Source of the DNA: an uncultured Planctomycetia bacterium
GTDB taxonomy: Bacteria > Omnitrophota > Gorgyraeia > 2-02-FULL-51-18 > JAGOUK01
Assembly (NCBI GenBank): GCA_964532445.1
Contig: CAZHID010000002.1
Span: 1 to 27,695, forward strand
Reading direction: 5' to 3'
DNA: 27,695 nucleotides
Part shown: piece after piece, positions 25,499 to 27,695 of the stretch
Position numbering within the stretch: the first letter of the stretch is position 1
How the letters are laid out: each line of letters opens with the position of its first letter
Made by a program: the position numbers and the translations under genes
Notes under the pieces: model-generated
Told to the model about the DNA's origin: nothing
What the model saw: only the letters and a program-made list of their open reading frames with translations
The model's database searches: none

Positions 25499-26566
25499 TC
25501 AGCTTTTAGCCGGCTCTTGCTTATCGATGAACTGATGCCGGTAGATCTTGATCAACGCGAAGAAAAGCGACATCACGATCGGCCCGATGAAGATCCCGAA
25601 CATGCCGTATTGGGCGACCCCTCCGATCACGCCCACGAGCAGGAGCGCGTACGGAAGGCCGGAGCGCTGGCCGATCACGAGCGGCTGCACCACGTTATCG
25701 ACCAGGTTGATCGGCACCGCGCCGACGGCGAACAGGATCCCCGCGCGCGTCCAATCCTGCTGGACCGCTAGGTACACGACGAACGGGAACCAGACCGCCG
25801 CCGCGCCGACGATCGGCAGAAGCGACGCGAAGAACGTGACCGCCGCCACGAGCGCCGGCAGCGGCAGGCCCAGGACCCAGAACGTGACGCCGGCGATCGC
25901 CGATTTGATGAGCGCCGAGAGGACCTGCCCGTGGATCACTGCCGCGAAGGTCTCCTTGAGCTGCCGCATCACTTCTTTTTTATTGTCCTCGTCGAGCGGG
26001 AGGATCTTTTCCAGGAACGTGACGATGTTCCGCCCGTCCTTGAGGAAGATGAAGAAGAAGAAAACCGCCAAGAGCGCGTTCACGAAGAGCAGGAGGACGT
26101 TCTTGGTGATCTGCGCGGCCTGGGACGCGGCGAACCGGCCCCAGCTGGCGAGCGAGTCCGACACCCAACCGCCGAGCTCGGCCTTCAGCCGCTCAAAAAG
26201 CCCCGTCGATCTCGCGCGGTCGACGATCGGCAGGGACGACAGCCAGTCGATGAACGCGATGTACTCGCGGTTGCGGATCCACGCGGTGAGCCATTGCGCG
26301 CCGCGGACGGCTTCCCCGCTGACAGCGGCCACCGCCCACACGATCAGCGGCACCGCCGCCGCCAGGACCAGGAGGGTCGTGACGAACGCAGCGGCCGCCT
26401 CATGACGCGTCCTTTTAACGACCGCCTGATACAGCGGGTAGAACGCGAACGCCAGGACCGCGGCGAACAGGATCGGTCCCGTGAACGGGCTCAGGATGAG
26501 TAAAAAGTGGAAAGATATGAAAAGCAGGATCGCGATGAAGAACGCGGTGATCACGGTGGGTTTCAT
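25499..26566 (-). CDS. AI-2E (PerM/UPF0118) family transporter
   Basis: PILFAAVLAFAFYP, FFIFLKDG, SLLPIVG, DNVVQP, GGVAQYGMFGIFIGP. Confidence 0.9.
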   Translation of the reverse strand: MKPTVITAFFIAILLFISFHFLLILSPFTGPILFAAVLAFAFYPLYQAVVKRTRHEAAAAFVTTLLVLAAAVPLIVWAVAAVSGEAVRGAQWLTAWIRNREYIAFIDWLSSLPIVDRARSTGLFERLKAELGGWVSDSLASWGRFAASQAAQITKNVLLLFVNALLAVFFFFIFLKDGRNIVTFLEKILPLDEDNKKEVMRQLKETFAAVIHGQVLSALIKSAIAGVTFWVLGLPLPALVAAVTFFASLLPIVGAAAVWFPFVVYLAVQQDWTRAGILFAVGAVPINLVDNVVQPLVIGQRSGLPYALLLVGVIGGVAQYGMFGIFIGPIVMSLFFALIKIYRHQFIDKQEPAKS

Positions 26567-26627
26567 AGCTGATTATCGCACGGGGAACCCCCTCCCCTCT
26601 ACAGCAAAAGGAGAGGACGTCCCCCTA

Positions 26628-27410
26628 TCAAAAGATCCCCGCCGCCAACAGCGCCGCGTAGACGACCAGCAGCGCCGCGACAAGCGCGCGGATAGCCCCC
26701 ATCTTTATTTTTTGGATAAAAAAACTCCCCGTCCACGCGCCGAGCGAAGTGCCCGCGACCGCTGTCAGGAGGATGCCGGCGTGTGCCCAGAGAAGCCCGC
26801 GCCTGAACTCCGCGTGATAGACCAGAAGCCGGGCGAAGTCCACCCCGCACGCGATCACGACCCCCGTGCCGACAAAAACAGGGACGCTCAAGCCCGCGCG
26901 GGCGAGAAAAGCGCTGCGGAACGCGCCCTGATGACCGGACAATCCGCCGAAGAAGCCGCTCAGAACCCCTCCGAGCGGCAGGTACTTCCGGTCGAACTCG
27001 AGCTTTTTGAGCGCGGGCAGGATCTCCATCGCGGCGAAGAACAGCATGAGGGCTGCGATGACGAGCTTGAGCGGCGTGACCGAGGCTTCGTGTCCCGCGA
27101 TCCGGTAAACCGCCAGCGGATCGGAGCCGGGGAAATATTTGAGCAGGAACGCGCCTAGAACAGCCGAGAGGACGGCCGGCACGCCGAATTTCCACAGAAC
27201 GGACCGGTCGGCGAGAGGGCTGACCAGGACCAGCTTGAACAGGTTGCTCGCAAGATGGACGATGGCCGTGAGGCTCACCGCCGTGGGGATGGGATAAAAA
27301 AAAGCGAAGGCCGGGAGCAGGATCGTTCCAAGACCGAAGCCGGAGTAGAGCTTTAAAAATGAGGCGACGAAGCTTGCGGCGCCGACGACCAGGATCACGG
27401 TGAATTCCAT
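26628..27410 (-). CDS. Sulfite exporter TauE/SafE family protein
   Basis: YSGFGLGTILLP, AVSLTAIVHL and GVLSGFFGGLSGHQGAFRSAFL in an approximately 8-TM hydrophobic protein. Confidence 0.85.
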   Translation of the reverse strand: MEFTVILVVGAASFVASFLKLYSGFGLGTILLPAFAFFYPIPTAVSLTAIVHLASNLFKLVLVSPLADRSVLWKFGVPAVLSAVLGAFLLKYFPGSDPLAVYRIAGHEASVTPLKLVIAALMLFFAAMEILPALKKLEFDRKYLPLGGVLSGFFGGLSGHQGAFRSAFLARAGLSVPVFVGTGVVIACGVDFARLLVYHAEFRRGLLWAHAGILLTAVAGTSLGAWTGSFFIQKIKMGAIRALVAALLVVYAALLAAGIF

Positions 27411-27468
27411 CAGCGATTCCCCTTCCGGCTTAAACCGGGCGGATCAGGCGGTCGGGCTGGCGGTCGGT

Positions 27469-27621
27469 TCAAACCGCCGGCTGGGCCGGCTGAACGACAA
27501 GCGCCTTGACCGCTTCGAGTTCCTCGGCGAAGCCGGTCTGCACGAACCCGGTACTGGCCACGGTATCGCCGTCCCGAATCAGGGCGATTGCTTCGTCGGC
27601 GGTAACGATCTTGCTGCGCAT
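27469..27621 (-). pseudogene. 50-codon N-terminal remnant of an acyl-CoA:acetate/3-ketoacid CoA-transferase (YdiF/Pct type)
   Basis: Not in the ORF track (<60 aa). Hand translation: MRSKIVTADEAIALIRDGDTVASTGFVQTGFAEELEAVKALVVQPAQPAV*. The first ~35 aa match the family N-terminus (KIV.A.EA..LI.DGDTV...GF..G..EL); AGGAGG SD at 27634-27629. Confidence 0.75.
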
Positions 27622-27695
27622 GGTGCTTCCTCCTGATCATCTTCCTGATTTCCGGTCCAAGGCCGGTCCGCCACCAGCGCCGGGCCGGGCACGGC

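Noticed and set aside
27410-27640. ORF-track 76-aa minus-strand and 78-aa plus-strand ORFs at the right end
   Set aside because: Low-complexity translations; a different frame (27621-27469) has the SD and the family similarity.
1-27695. CRISPR array, tRNA/rRNA, IS/transposase, integrase, prophage or defence genes
   Set aside because: No regularly spaced repeats, cloverleaf or rRNA-like segments, or mobile-element proteins recognised; nearly all bases are explained by housekeeping and transport CDSs.

Overview
GC-rich bacterial window from a diderm organism (TonB system present); taxon not assignable from sequence alone. No rRNA, tRNA, CRISPR array or mobile element was recognised. Left to right: 3' end of a lytic transglycosylase (+); a minus-strand cluster hemP, phnD-like, phnC-like, phnE-like, FecA-type TonB-dependent receptor, exbB, exbD, tonB, followed 6 nt later by PEP carboxylase (ppc), headed by an AT-rich region with a sigma70 promoter and Fur-like boxes; an RRM RNA-binding protein with an amphipathic N-terminal extension; a secreted Spy/CpxP-like protein with a 10-Cys Gly-rich insert; dedA + livKHMGF (+); and a long minus-strand run tauE, AI-2E, CPA2 antiporter, terC, hppA, cstA, gst, cysE, preceded by a 50-codon remnant of an acyl-CoA transferase. 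Best candidate for an undescribed system: a phosphonate/phosphite-family ABC transporter embedded in an apparently iron-regulated TonB uptake operon, whose binding protein keeps the STSG oxyanion motif but appears to swap two pocket residues (His to Tyr, Asp to His), next to a PEP carboxylase with an altered aspartate-feedback residue. Functional interpretations are inference from motif reading and recalled reference sequences; no searches were run.
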